From Camelus ferus (Eukaryota): a stretch of 64,000 nucleotides of DNA. Location of the stretch: assembly GCF_009834535.1 (NCBI RefSeq), contig NC_045713.1, positions 14,322,001 through 14,386,000 on the forward strand, in the 5' to 3' direction. Under the pieces are notes generated by a model, which saw only the letters and a list, made by a program, of their open reading frames with translations, was not told the DNA's origin and did not search any database. How positions within the stretch are numbered: the stretch's first letter is position 1; each line of letters starts with the position of its first letter. The position numbers and the translations under genes are program-made. Positions 39,583 through 59,700 of the stretch are shown one piece after another.

Positions 39583-40467
39583 CCCCTTCTGTCTCCTTTG
39601 TAATAAACATATGTGCATGTTCAAGTCGATGCCTTGCAGAGCTTTCTGTGGACCCGGGTGGCTTCCTGGACACCCTCATGGTCACCCAGGTCCCGTCCAC
39701 CTCAAGATCACTCCTTAACTCCTAAGTCATTATCCACCCATCTGCGCTGTATAGGTCTGGGTTGCAAACAACAGAACCCTCTCAGGTTAGCTCAATCAGA
39801 AAGATCATTTATGGAAGGACAGTAGCAGCACCAGGGTCCCTGGGGACTAGGGAGGCTGGAGTGGGGGTGCTGTGAGGAAACACCCCAGCACTCCTAGCGC
39901 TCCTGCCCTGTTCCCCATCACACAGACGCAGATGCTCCTGGTCTTGCCACGGTCCCCCAAAGGCTGACCTGGGACCAGGACGAGGGTGCAGGTAGTTTAT
40001 TTGGGAGGTGATGCCAAGAAGCCCGAGGGAAGAGTGGGCAAACCGAGGCAAGGAGGGACGAAACCAGTGAGACCCAGATGTGGAGGTTACCCTTGTGGGT
40101 ACCTGAGGTGCAGTCTGGCTGGGGGCCCCTGAGAAACCGCGGGGACGCGCCTCAGCATCGCCTGAGGACAATGACCGCGTCTCTCCTGATTCCCTGAGGT
40201 TGAGGGTTGTCCTGGGGGCGTGAGGGCTCTAAGCTCCACAAGGTTGCCTGGGTGGAAGGGGCAGCATCCAGAGTGTCCGTCCCCTCTTCCAAGTTGGGGT
40301 CCCAGAACCCAGCCTCAGCACAGCCAAGGGACCAGGCCTGTGGGGCTGACTCGGGCACCTCGGAACTATCCAGGCAGCTCTGCGTTTTCACCAGGTTCAC
40401 GAGCACTGTGAGTGCAGGAATGCGTGAGGGGCTCTGTTGGGTCTAGATCTGCCCTCGCTCCACGCCC
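39583..40467. repeat. Right 3' arm of the PRSS21/PRSS41 inverted repeat
   Basis: Inverted copy of 14441-15338, about 98.7% identical over 39583-40140. Confidence 0.95.
39602..39607 (+). terminator. PRSS41 polyadenylation signal
   Basis: AATAAA about 135 nt after the stop codon, in the same sequence context as the PRSS21 signal. Confidence 0.8.
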
Positions 40468-42997
40468 CACTGTGGAGAGGTTGGGAGGGAGTCTTGGGAG
40501 TGGTGCCCCCCTCACCTCTGTGCCTCCCAACCCCAAGAGCAGCCCAGGCTGCCGGACACCCCGCTTGGACTTCATGCCCCTGGGCAGCCCTGTGAGGCTG
40601 GAGCTTCCCTTCCCCCTAGTCATAGTGAGGAAACTGAGGCTCAGGAAGGTGACAAGGTCACTCAAATCACCTAGCTCACGAGGGCCTATGTCCACCTCTT
40701 ACAGCACGTGGACCTGTCCAGGTCTGACTCGGAGGAGCCAGCAGATCCCTGGGGGGTGGGGTCTCCCCAGTATCCTGTGGGACTTGCCTGCTTTGAGATT
40801 TCCACTTGACCTCCCCAGCAGCCAAAACCTGAAGGCGGCCCTGCTCGCCTCCCCCAGAGGCTCTCGGAGTTGACCCCAAGCAGAGCACTTACTGCCCTGG
40901 TGTCCCCTATGTTACTGGAGGACAGTGCTATTTAACGCCTATTAAGCGCTTGGCCCAAGACCAGCCACCTTGTGACACTGGCCCTACAGGGCTGCCTGGC
41001 AGGGTTGTCACTGCTCCTTCTCCAGCAGCAGGCAGAGTAGCCTCTGGTGGTCCAGTGCTTGCGTGGCATACTCATCCACAGGAACGTCTTTGAGCTCGCC
41101 CTGGCAGATGTCCCCCACAGGGTCTTGCAGGGCCACCTATCCAGAGGCTCAGGAGGACCCCCATCAGGTGCTGCAGCACGCCCCCCACCCTGGTGGCCTG
41201 GCTCACCCCCACACTTTTGTCCCTCAGGCTGCTTTGGATGACCCCTAGGGGGTCAGTGGGTCATTGTGGTTTGGGTTCGAGCTGTGGCTGTCCCAAAGGG
41301 CCTGGGATCTGCTGTGACACCAGCAAGCACACCAGCCAGCATCCTGGAAAAGCTGCTGCTGCCTGCTCTCCCCAGGACACCCCCTCCTACCTCCTCCTGC
41401 TGCCAGGTCTACAGGGTGACCTTGGAGTCTGGCCAAGGACAGGGCAGGGCACTTGTCTGAGATGAGTCCTGTGCTGTAGACAGTGGGCTGGGCATTGCCA
41501 AACTGAAACACACTCAGGCAAGGTGGCCAGCTTGGAGGGGGTGGGTGTATGTCCCTTCCACCTTTGTTGAACTATTATTTTGTTCTTTTGTTTTCAGCCT
41601 TGGCATTTAAACACTGGTCATAAGCAACAGAATCCCCTAGAGCTAGTGTGAGTGAAGGAAATTTGCTTTAGAAGGATAAAGGGCAGCCCACAGAGGCAAG
41701 GATGACTAGAAGGAGGAGCTCCAACTCCACAGGACACTCTTTCTCAGCCTGGAAGGTTCCAGGCTCTCAGGCCAGCTGAGAGTCCTCAATCTGTGGACAC
41801 AGCTATGCCTGCCCCCTGCCTGGGCCCTGAGGGGTTTTCTCTCCCCCTCCAGGGTAAAAAAAAAAAAATCCCAGGGAAGAATTCTGATTGGCTGGTTTGG
41901 AGTCACGTGTCACCTCTTGACCAATCACTGTGACCTGGGGGACATGGTGGGTTGACGGCCCCAGTTTGGGCCATTTGCCTACCTCTGGGAGTAGGGGCAG
42001 ATCTGGCACCAGAAAAAAGGTGGGGCTGACTCAGCTGTGGCCCCAAGAAGGGTGGTTGTGAGAAGGGCAAGTAGATGACATTTGCCCAGGAGCCATTTCT
42101 GCAGTGTGACTCAAGGGTGAGGCTGAAGGGGATGGGGGTTCAGCAGGGGTCTGTGCCTCAGTTTCTCATTCTGAGACAGGGGCATGGTTTTGGGTGAACC
42201 CCTGGATAGGTGTTCCTTTCTTAGCCCCCTCAGGTTTGACTGTCCATTATTCAGCCAGTTCCAGATCCTCCCACCCTAAGCCAATTTCTCAGTGGCAATT
42301 TATTTCCTCATCCATGCCCCGAAGTGTCCTGAAGCCTTCCTGCCTCACCCAAATCCCAGCAGGTAGAGACCCAGCTCCCCTGCTGAACAGGGCATCTAGC
42401 CTTCCAGCGAACTCCCCTCTCAATGTTTGGTCCATGTCCCGAGAGATGGCTGTGTTCCCAGGGTCCCTTGCTGCTCCCATTCCCACCAGCCTCTCCAGCT
42501 GCCCCCAGCTGTGCACCAAAGGGAACACCACCCACCTGGCTCCACTCCTGCCAAGCCCTCTAATGGAAGCTGAATGCAGGAAACAAAAGCTCAGAAGCTT
42601 TGGGAAGGATGAGAGGGTGCTTTTATTCCTGTAGCCCTCTGTAGCAGTCACAGTAGCCAGGCACGAGTCCAAGCTCTGCATAGGTGAACCCAGTTAATCT
42701 TCACCATTAGCCAGGAGGTGGGTTTTACAGAAGAGGAAAATCCCCCAAGGTCTCAGAGCTGGAGGGAGGGTGGCCGCAACCTGGCTTCAGAGACCGAGCA
42801 TGGACAGTAGAGGTCAGGCCTGAGGCTGCCTTCCCTCACTACGTGTGGAGGGGCTGCGGCTGGCTCGCCACTATGTCCCCTCATCTGTAACCTTCGCCCT
42901 CACCCCCAGCCTGATGCCCTGCTGGCCCCTTTCAGCCACTTCCAAATACTCAGTGGCCACTCTCTGCTGGGCACTGTTCTGGCCACTGAGGACCGCT

Positions 42998-43395
42998 AGA
43001 GACTGAATCTGTGTCTTCTCCAAAATTCATATGTTGAAGCCTTAATCACTCGCCTCCCCAGTTTGACTGTTTTTGGAGATAAGCCATTCGTGGAAGTAAT
43101 TAAGGTTACATGAAGTCATAAGGGTGGGCTCTGATCTAATAGGATTAGTGTCCTTCTAAGAGGAGACACCAGCCAGCCCTCCTCTACTCCCCACCCCGGG
43201 CAGACACAAAGAGGAGGCCATGTGATCACACAGTGAGATGAAAGCCACCTACAAGCCAAGAGGAGAGGCCTCAGAATGAAACCCATCTTGCCAGGACCCT
43301 GTCCTTGGACTTCCAGCCTCCAGTCCTGTGAGAAATCAACTGTGTTGAAGCCACCCAGTCTGCGGTATTCTGTTCTGGCTGTCTGAGCTAAGACA
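42998..43395. mobile_element. MaLR (MLT1A-type) LTR
   Basis: gactgaat...ccaaaattcatatgttgaagcc...tttggagat...gtaattaaggtta...ttggacttccagcctccag...gttgaagccacccagtctgcggtattctgtt. Confidence 0.85.
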
Positions 43396-44557
43396 TCGAC
43401 AGAGACCCAGTCCCCAGACAGATGCAGATCAAACTGCTTCTATCCCCTGTCAATTCACATGGTGACGTGGCTGAGGAGGAAGTGTGGTGGCCAGGAAGGA
43501 CCCCCAGGAGGAGGAACCAAGTGGAAGGCTGCTCGAGGAGTATCAACTTGATAGAAGGAGGTTCCAGAACTTTCCAGGAGGTGGGCACAGTCCAGACCCT
43601 GACCACCACTGAGCCCTGTCCCTAGCATTTCCCCACCTCAACAGAGACTGGCAGTCTTGCTGTCTGGACACTCCAAACTGAAGAGCAGACTTTCCCAAAG
43701 GTCAAGTCTGCTCCCACCTCTGGTCAAGTGAGGAGAGAGGCCAGCTTTGAACAAGCCATTCATTCTCGCTCCCAAACTCTGCAGACCCAGGCCAGGAGGA
43801 GCTATGCATGGCCAGGGATGGGAGACTGGGCTCCTGGACAGAACAATAGAAGCCCAGAGCCAGGACTGGTTTTGGAGATGAGCTGCCAAAGTTCCTCCCG
43901 AGCTTCCTGGCCTGACCACAACAACCCCCAACCTCCACCCCTGCCTTTGCCAGGCTGGGCCCAGGCTCCTGCCCCCAGTTCTCAGCACTGTGGCCCAAGC
44001 CAAGCTTCCTTGGAGAAACCCAGGTGTCCCTTTCCTGCCACCTCAAAATCACTGTTCAAAGCATCTTTGTTCCAGGCTGGGACTACTGAAGCCGCAGCCC
44101 TGCCCTGACCTCCTTAATTACCCCCTGGCCAGGCCCCCACCCACTCCTGGCTCTTTAAGCCCCCAGGTCCTCCCCCAGGGCAGTCAGCAGGGAGGACACC
44201 AGCTGCGGAGGGTGAGAGTAGAGTTAGGGGCTGCCAGGGGGTCAGGAGCAGCTGTCAGGTGGTGGAAATATGTGGTGGGGGAGGGGCTGGGCACAAGGGC
44301 TTGTATGGCACAAATGGTGCCCAAATCTAGCAGCATTTAGGGGGCAGGGGTAATCTTTGGGGGCGGTCTGGGCAGAGGGCAGAGCTGGGCCACAGGGACA
44401 GGTCTGGGACCAACCAGGGGTTAAAGGGTCTGGGGTCTGGTAGGGTTTGGGGGCTAGTGACCTGGGCTAGGACCCTCCTCTCCATTCTCTGCAGGCTTCA
44501 ACCAGAGGGCAAGCCCCAGACAGTACTACCCCTACCTGGCGCAGCCCTGAAGACAGA

Positions 44558-46510
<1,953 letters not shown>

Positions 46511-46849
46511 TGAAGTGATACTGGCCTGAAACCAGACACTGGGGGTCCCTCAGCTGCCTGGTCCTTCTGGGGATCCGCACATCCCCTTCCTCATCCCCGG
46601 CCCTTCTGACTTCAGGCTCAGAGGCTTGATAAAGCTAAGAGGCCATCCACCCATCCATCCCCCAGCCTCCTCCTTTGGGGTGCACCAAACTGGAGCTGTC
46701 AACCCTCCTCCAAGAGCCTCCCGTATGTCCGGGAGTCTCACACTCCCTTCCTCCACTTCCTGCTCATATTTACTCTTCTCAGCTCTGACCAGGGTACCCA
46801 AAGACAGGCAAGTGAGTTGGTACTTGTTCTGGTCTGTGTGCCCTTCTTT

Positions 46850-47232
46850 TCTGGAGGAAGTCAGGGGGATTCACATGGGAGAGGGATTCATCACCAAGGA
46901 GATGATTCTCCATTACTAGCTCTGAAGATGGTGGGGCCATGTGGCAGGGAGCTGAGGACAGCCCTCAGCTGACTGCCAGCAGGGAAAGGGAGCCCTCAGC
47001 GCCACAGCTGCAAGGAACCAAACCCAGCCAATCACCTGAACAAGCTTGGAGGCGAACTCTTCCCCTGGCCTCCAGATGAGAGTCCTGACAGGCTAAGGCC
47101 TTGATTTCAGCCTGGTGACACCCTAAGCAGAGAACCCAGCGAAGCCCACCCACAGAGTTGTGATTTAATAAATTTGTGTTGTGTAAGCTGCTATACTGGT
47201 AGTCATCTGCTAGAGAGCAATAGAAAATGCTT
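46850..47232 (+). mobile_element. MaLR (MLT1-type) LTR carrying AATAAA at 47167-47172
   Basis: ctcagctgactgccagc...cagctgcaaggaacc...ttgatttcagcctggtgacaccctaagcagagaaccc...aataaatttgtgttgtgtaagctgcta. Confidence 0.75.
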
Positions 47233-49904
47233 ATTTTGCCCTGCTGTAGTGGAGGTGCCCCGGGAGGTAGGTGGCTGGCCACCAGGCCTGGCCGTCCCGT
47301 GTACTCTAAGAGGCTCAGGAGTCTGGGCACCTGGCATCATGCCTTCTGCCCAGAGGAGCCAGGAGCCCCTCAGGTAGGCCTGGCCATAGCTTCTGCTATC
47401 CCTGTGTTTTCCGTCACTACCCAACCCATGCCCTAGAGAGTCTGGGTCTATGTCCTAGCCTTGGCCAGGCCCCTAGGCCCAGAACCCCTCTTTCCCCAGC
47501 TGCATCTGGAGACCGGCCTAGGCCCTTTGCAGTTCCCTGACCACCCTCATGTGCCTGGGAGCTGGTGTCATATCCCCTCTCTGCCACCCTCTCATCCCCA
47601 GGCCAAGGAATAGCCATGCTATAGACAGAGCTCAGTTTCTAGAAGAGCAGAAGGAACAAGAACCTGAACGAAACCTGAAAATTCCAAAGCCTTACCTTGG
47701 AGCTGACAGGGGCCGCGGGGGAGGGGGGGAACAGGAGAGGCCGTCATCAAAGGCATGACCTGGCTGGACAAGACCACGTGCAGCTGCCCACCAACACAGG
47801 CCTTGGTGTCCTCTCCCACCCTTTCTCCCAGGGAAGAAAGTGGCTATACCAGGTGGTGGCTGCCGACCAGGCCAGGCTGGGAGGCTGGGACTATGGACGG
47901 GCATTGAGGGGGCTCCAGGCTGCTGTCTCTCCCAGGCTGAGGGTGGGCATCTATCTGGGGTAGTAGAGCTTGGCTGCCCCTTGGCAGGCGGGGGGTTATC
48001 GGGCACCAGGGTACCAAGAAAGGGGTGTGGCTGTGGCTGTGGGCACATCTGCTGCAGGACCCTGGTAGCCCCTGCTGGGTGATGCTGGCTGTCCTCCCAT
48101 CCCTCCCTCAGCTTGGGGCCAGTTGAGAGACCTTCCTCAAGACAACTCCCAAGGCACTGAGACCAGAACAAGCCAGGGGCTGAGAGCCAGGTTGCCTCAT
48201 CCTTGAACCTACCATGATTAGAGGAATGGGCTCCCATTTAGAGCCCAGTGTTTCTGAAACATAACCTGGAAGCTAAGGAGGGGCGTCCTAGAAGCAGAGG
48301 GGCGGGGACTGCCCATGGAAAGGAATGAGAAGAAATCAGCTACTTCTTGTCAAGCCCTCCCCAGACAGCATTCGGAGGCCTCTACTGCACCAGCTCACAG
48401 GATTTTCACTTGATACTCTGTGAGGTGGGCTTTCCCCATTTGTCAGATGAGAAAACTGAGGCCCAAAGTCACACAGCTGGTAGATGGGTAGACTGGGATT
48501 CGAACCCAGATGGTCTAATTCTGGAGGCAGCTGGTAGTGGTAGAGAGGGAATTACCCCCGCCCCCTTGTTCTCTCCACTTCCTCCCACCTTAGCAGTGTG
48601 GCCTCCAGGCCCCCTTCCTCTCGGCCCATTCGTGGTGTGGCAGCCTCATGGGGTCAGACAAGTCGCAGCTGTCCTCTGCCCAGCAGGCTCAGTGGCATGG
48701 CACCCTGTGCTGCTGCATCCTGCCTGTTAGCAAGGTCAGTGGTGGGGCTGGGAGGTGGGAGGAGTGTCCTGGCTCTGCATCAGTGGCATCCTGTCCCTGG
48801 CCTTAGGACAGCTGCCTGATCTGCCACAAGGGAGCCCCTGGGGCGGAAAGGGTAGTCCTTGAGGACACTGGGCTTCTATCCAAGCAGGCATTTTCTAACT
48901 GCTCACCTGCTCCAGTTGCTAGTGCTGCAACCAGATGGCCCAGCCTCTCCCAAGAGTACTGACATGGCCTCAGTTTCCCCATCTATAGTCTGAACTGGTA
49001 ACACCTACCCCATCATGGCTGTAGGGAGAGTGGAGATGACTCAGTGCTGCCCACAGAGCATGTATGCTTCGCCAGGCACAGGTGGGCTTTCAGTTGATCT
49101 CCTAACGCCCATGAAGTGGTCTCATTTCCCATTTCATGAATGAAGAGACAAGCCTAGAGAGGCTAGGTAACTTGCCCTAAGACCCACAGCAGGTAAGAGG
49201 TGGAACTGGATTTGAATCTGGGTGACTGACTTCAGTTCCACACTGAGTTATGTCACTTCCCTGATGGAAATGAAAGTAGTTGTAAAATACTACAAATGAG
49301 AGGTACACTAGTGACTAGTGGTCATTGATTATTACTCTTTATTCTTCAGTGCTTTTAGTAGACCAGAGGAGAAGGCTCACAATGCTGAGACCCTATAGGC
49401 TAAGTCTGGAGGCCAGGGAGGGACCCCATCATGAGCGTCGGGTGATTAAGGCAATGGGACAGAAAGGGCCCAGGAGGATTTCCTGCGCAGAGAAGCAGGA
49501 GTAGCTGACCAGCTGGCTCACCCACCATCTTGAGACTCCCATTCTGTCTGTCATTGTTCCCAGGAAGGAGAGCCTGCACGGAGCTAGACCACAGAGCCAA
49601 GTGCTGGGAGCTCAGCCCCTGCTCCTCCCTCAGACCTCTCCTGACCCCATTCCCACTGCAGGAGGTGTCACTGTACTGAAAGACGCGGAGGCCTGCAGTC
49701 ACCTCCCGCAACTGACCCAAGTGGAGAGCACCATGGGGTGCACAGAGATCCCTTCTGAGGGGAAGGGCTGCCTTGAGCTCAGGGAGGGAAATCACAGGAG
49801 GGAAAGGGACTTCAGAGGACTCCTGAGGAGTCAAAGGCTGGCAGTCAAAAATAATGACGATAGCTCTAGCTTAGGAAACATTTATTGAGTGCTAACTCTT
49901 AGTG

Positions 49905-50100
49905 GTGTTACCCAAAAACTGGGCTCACCTCTTGGTGGCTGTCGAACCAAAAGATACAACCAAGCCAAAGATCAGGTGAAGGAAGGACTTACTTGCAACA
50001 AGTTAAGAACACCAGGGATCTTTCCCAAAGCAATGTCTCTCCGAACAGCAAAACTGGGGAAGATTTAAACTAAGGGTACATGCATATTCATGCAGGGGCT
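49905..50100. mobile_element. Probable ERV LTR fragment
   Basis: tgttacccaaaaactgggctc...ccaaagatcaggtgaaggaagg...cttgcaacaagt...tcccaaagcaatgtctctccgaacagc; resembles LTR termini, family not assigned. Confidence 0.45.
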
Positions 50101-50899
50101 TACACTGAGGCCAGGCTTAGATGACAAAATGGCATAGGCCAAAAATGGCTTCTCTTCTGTCAAGAAAGCCATGCCTGGTTCTCTTTCTCCAGGCGCCCCC
50201 TACCCTATCTGCTTACAGTGAGGCTCCACAAACTTTACAAACGGTTATATTCCAGTCTTAAAGAGGAGGAAACTGGGCCTCGGTGAGGTTAACCACCCTG
50301 GGCTGCATAGTCAGTGCAGAGCATGGATTTGAATCCCGGCAGGTCTGAGCACAAAGCGCACACGGTTAGCCACCAGCTTGATTAAGGGCTAAAGCGGCAG
50401 CATCTTCAGATTCTACCCACTCTGAAGAATTCTCAAATTGTGGCCCCAACAACTACAGAGCTGTTCGGAGTCCAGAGTCACCCGCTGGCTCATCTCTCGC
50501 CTGGTGCCACGCACAGGCCTTCTCTGGCACACACCAGCAATGACCCAGCTGAGGCTCTCCCTCTCCCGGCCAGTAGTTGGGAGAAAAGCCTCCTTTCCTC
50601 ACTCTGGTGTAACGACAATTTGGGGCGACGCAGGAGAGCGTCCAACTACCAACATGGAAGGCCTAAGTTGTTAGTATGGATACCCCTGTAGAGGGCAGCC
50701 AGGGAAGGACCAGGGCACGGAAGCTGTTGAGTGCCCAGGGCCCCAGGGGTCAGGGGGCTCTCCCTTCCTCCTCCTGGGAAACGCGAGCACCCACTCTAGT
50801 CACGCATGCTGCTTCTTCCAAGGATGTTGGCCAGGCCCACTCCCTAACCCCAACAGCCGCGCCACAAAGCCTCTGAACTGGATTAAATAATCCTTACTA

Positions 50900-55814
<4,915 letters not shown>

Positions 55815-55846
55815 GTGGGCCGCCGCAGCGTCCCCACTTCTCCCCC

Positions 55847-55852
55847 AATAAA
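55847..55852 (+). terminator. ELOB proximal polyadenylation signal (distal signal at 56111-56116)
   Basis: AATAAA 33 nt after the stop codon. Confidence 0.8.
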
Positions 55853-56149
55853 AAGATTTGGGTGTCTGCCTGGTTGCTGCCTCTTTCTGCACACCCTCAC
55901 TGGGGTGGGACCCACTACAGCCCACTCCTCAGGCTTACCAGGCTGGCCTTCTGGACAAGCTCTCTGGATCCAGCTATCCTATCCCTCAAGCCAGCCTTCA
56001 GAGTGGTCCCCTCCCAGCATGCTGGTTATCAGCTAGAAAGCCAGTGTCGATTTGGGAGAGGGTTCTGTGGGGATCCATAGCCTAGAGCCACCCCAAGTGG
56101 CTCCTCCCTCAATAAACAGTCTGTAGACCCAGTTACTGCATTTCTCATT

Positions 56150-56155
56150 TTTATT
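56150..56155 (-). terminator. SRRM2 polyadenylation signal
   Basis: AATAAA on the minus strand in the context tctgtcaaataaaaatgagaaatgcag, at the end of the 3' UTR. Confidence 0.85.
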
Positions 56156-56713
56156 TGACAGAAAAAGTTGCTCTTGCTGTACAGATTTTAAAAAACCAAA
56201 ATGCCTTTAAGAAACGTGAAGAAAAGTTGGGGGGAGGGGGCCACAAACTTACTGGGAGGCCAGGAAAGGCCAACTAATTTCAACTCCTGCCTCTTCCAGG
56301 AATACCTCACTCAGGTTCCCAAGACCCAAACCTTCATTTGCCCCCCCAGAAACTTGAGGATAAAAGGGGGGCAGTGTTTCCCAGGCCCTTTCTAACTCAA
56401 GAGCTGGGAGTTCCAAGCTGTATTCTCCCCTCCCACAACTCCCATTCTCATTCCCACCCACCCCAAACCCCCCAAAACATGTGAACCAGGAAAAACTCAC
56501 AGAGTAACATTTCACAGGAACAAAAAAAAAAAAAAAACCAAAAACAAAAAAAGGAAGAGGGAGGGAAAGAAGGGAGTCCTCCTCACAAGGTGCTGCCAGG
56601 GTTCAGGGAGGGGGTGGGCAGACAAGGACCCCTCCCACGGCTCTGCTGGGGTGAAAGGGGGCACTCCCTGTGGCTCCAGAACTTGGGGTGTGGTGGATTT
56701 CCCCCAAAAAGAT

Positions 56714-59700
56714 TCACGGAGACCTGAAACAGAAGCGAGTTATCAATGCGGAGGCAAGCCTGGAACTCTAGGAAGGGAACCCAACCCTAGAGTGTGACTA
56801 AGACAGACCTGGAGGACCGGTGCCGGGCAGATGCACGGGGACTAGGTGTCTCCCTCCTGCGCTTGTGGCCTGGGGAGCGGCTGTCCCCACGCTGGCCTCT
56901 CCGGGAACCCCGCTCGCTGTTGCTGCAGTGAACAACAGACATGAGTCCATGTACAGGGCACCACCAACCCCTGGCACATTGGGCCCTCAAAAATTCATTA
57001 GTCAGTGGTGGCCAGACTGAGACACACTGGCTACCCTACCTCTGCTGGTCTCGTAGCGAGGGCTGGGGTGAGGAGCCGCGGCGCTCGGCAGGTGAGTAGC
57101 TGAGGGACCGGGAGTCCCGAAGAGAGTCTATTGGCTTCCGGGGGCTGCGGGACCTAGGAATCAGAGTAGGTCCCCATAGTGCCGGTCTCTTCCAAACCCA
57201 CCAGCCAGCACTCAGGACCACCACCCCAGGTCCTGACCACCAAACCTCATACCACACGGGGCCAACCTCAGACCCACCTTCGTCCGCTCACTCACCCATC
57301 CGCCCGCACACCATCCACCGAGTGCCCGAACGGGCGGGGTACGGGGTGCAGCGGGGGGAGGCAAAGATAAAGACAGTCCCTGCCCTTGGAGGGACTCAGT
57401 CTGATGGTGATGGCAGGCCAAGGGAGGCTTGCTTGGCCCCGTGTGTGGGAAGCAGCCCCGAAGGACTGATATACATGGGTCAGGGGACCCAGGGGAGGGA
57501 GACGTGGGGAGGGGATGGGGCAGGGCGGGGCAGGGAAGGGGCAGGGTAGTCTTCTTGAAGGTGCTGTTTGAGCGGAGTCTTGCAGAACGAGGAGTTCACC
57601 AGGCGGACAAGGGAATTCCAGGCAGGAGGAACAGCATGTCCAAAGGCATGGGGTTCTCCTTAGACTGCAAGGCGCTGAGTGTGGCTGGAGCACAGGGCAT
57701 GTGTGGGGGGCGGGCAGGAGAGGAGAACACAGGGCAGGCAAGGCCAGTTGGTGAAGAGCCTCACACGCCATTCCCGCAGAGGTGGGGCTTTATCCTGCAG
57801 GCCACAGGGCGTCCCGGAAGGATTTGTGGAGTGAAGGGAGTAACCAGATGTGCGTTTTAGAAAGATCCCTCTGGCTACGTGTGGAAGAGAATGGCGTGGA
57901 GGCAGGGAGACAGGGAAGAGGCTGTGGATAGAGTCCGGAGAAGATGATGGTGGCCAGACCAGAGAGGCCTGGCTGTAGCAACAGGGAGACTTAAAAGCTA
58001 GAATCCCTGGAACCTGGGAGCATGTTAGGGGTAGGGAGAGGAAGGAACCTATGACTCCCAATTCTGGCCTGAGCACTCACTTTGATGGTACAGCCCTCTG
58101 CCAGAACAGGGCACAATGGAGTAGCAGGGAGAGAAGAGCCCAACTTCTCCCATACAACCAGACACCACAGTCCACGTAAGACAGCCCAACAGGGATCTCA
58201 CACCCCAGGGTCACATCCCACCCCTTCCATCTCAAACAAGGCAGCACTCACNNNNNNNNNNNNNNNNNNNNNNNNNNNNNNNNNNNNNNNNNNNNNNNNN
58301 NNNNNNNNNNNNNNNNNNNNNNNNNNNNNNNNNNNNNNNNNNNNNNNNNNNNNNNNNNNNNNNNNNNNNNNNNNNNNNNNNNNNNNNNNNNNNNNNNNNN
58401 NNNNNNNNNNNNNNNNNNNNNNNNNNAGGAGGAACTGGAACTGGAGCTGCTAGAACGCCTCTTCCGCTTGGCTGGAGTTGGCTCCTGAGGACGTCCTTCT
58501 CGAACAGCCTCCTTTGGGGCTGGGGCGGGGCTAGGGACCCTGTGGGAGAAGAGTGTGTTACAAGGAGATAAGCTGCCCCAGCCCCAACCCTACCTTCCTT
58601 GGCCTGGAGGAACGGCAGTGGGGGAGGGGTGCCTGAGAAAGGCCCTGGGAACTCTCCAAGCCGGGAGCTGGTGAGCGCATTGCATTCTCTGGAGAGCAGT
58701 GGCCCCAGCTGACCCAACCTCTGCTAACACAAGCAACAGGCTGGGGCCCGCAGCAAAAGGGATCAAGGTTAAACCTCAAGAATGTCCCTGATGGAGGAAT
58801 AAGGCCCCTGGGCTCAGGTGTGGAAGCCGAGCTGGGTGGTCTCCTTCCTCGGAGAGGAGAGCCGCAGCTTGGGGAGGCCTCTGTGCGTGAAGGNNNNNNN
58901 NNNNNNNNNNNNNNNNNNNNNNNNNNNNNNNNNNNNNNNNNNNNNNNNNNNNNNNNNNNNNNNNNNNNNNNNNNNNNNNNNNNNNNNNNNNNNNNNNNNN
59001 NNNNNNNNNNNNNNNNNNNNNNNNNNNNNNNNNNNNNNNNNNNNNNNNNNNNNNNNNNNNNNNNNNNNNNNNNNNNNNNNNNNNNNNNNGAGACTTTTAT
59101 CTGTCCCACTCCTCCCCCCACCACTGCCCCCACCCAGCATTCTCTTCTACCCCCAGCTTAAGGGTCAGGGTCCCCATACCTCCTCAAAGAGCCAAGGACC
59201 TCTGGATAGGGCTTCTCCCTCCCCACCCCCACCAACCATCCCCTAAACCTTCCCCGTAGACAAATTCTAAAAGTCCCCTCACCTCTTCAGTGCTACCTCA
59301 GGTTGAGTGGGAAGGCTAGAGCCCTCCGAGTCGCTAGAACTGGAGCCAGAGGAAGAGGAGGATGACGAAGACGATGACGACGACGAAGAGGAGGAGCTAG
59401 AGGAGGAGGATGATGACGAACTCCGCCGCTCCTTTGCTGGCTGCAGGGCAGCCACTGCAGAAGGCTGCTGGGCCCCCGTAGAGGCAGGTGGTTGCCCACC
59501 CTCTGGGTGGGACACCCCAGGGACAGGGCCAGAGAGCATGCCATTGTGGTCACCAGCAGAGGAGGTGGTTTTTGCCACCGTCCCGGAGGAAAGAGACTGA
59601 GACCCTGCTACAGGGGTGGTCTGGGCAAGCAAAGATCGGGATTGGTCAGAAAAAGCAGATGGCACAGGGGACCTAGGCCGATCCTGAGCTGGAGGAAGAA

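Noticed and set aside
41000-41430. Minus-strand exon-like pieces (GVIQSSLRDKSVG; VALQDPVGDICQGELKDV...)
   Set aside because: Splice-like sites are common in GC-rich DNA; there is no start, no poly(A) signal and no recognisable family.
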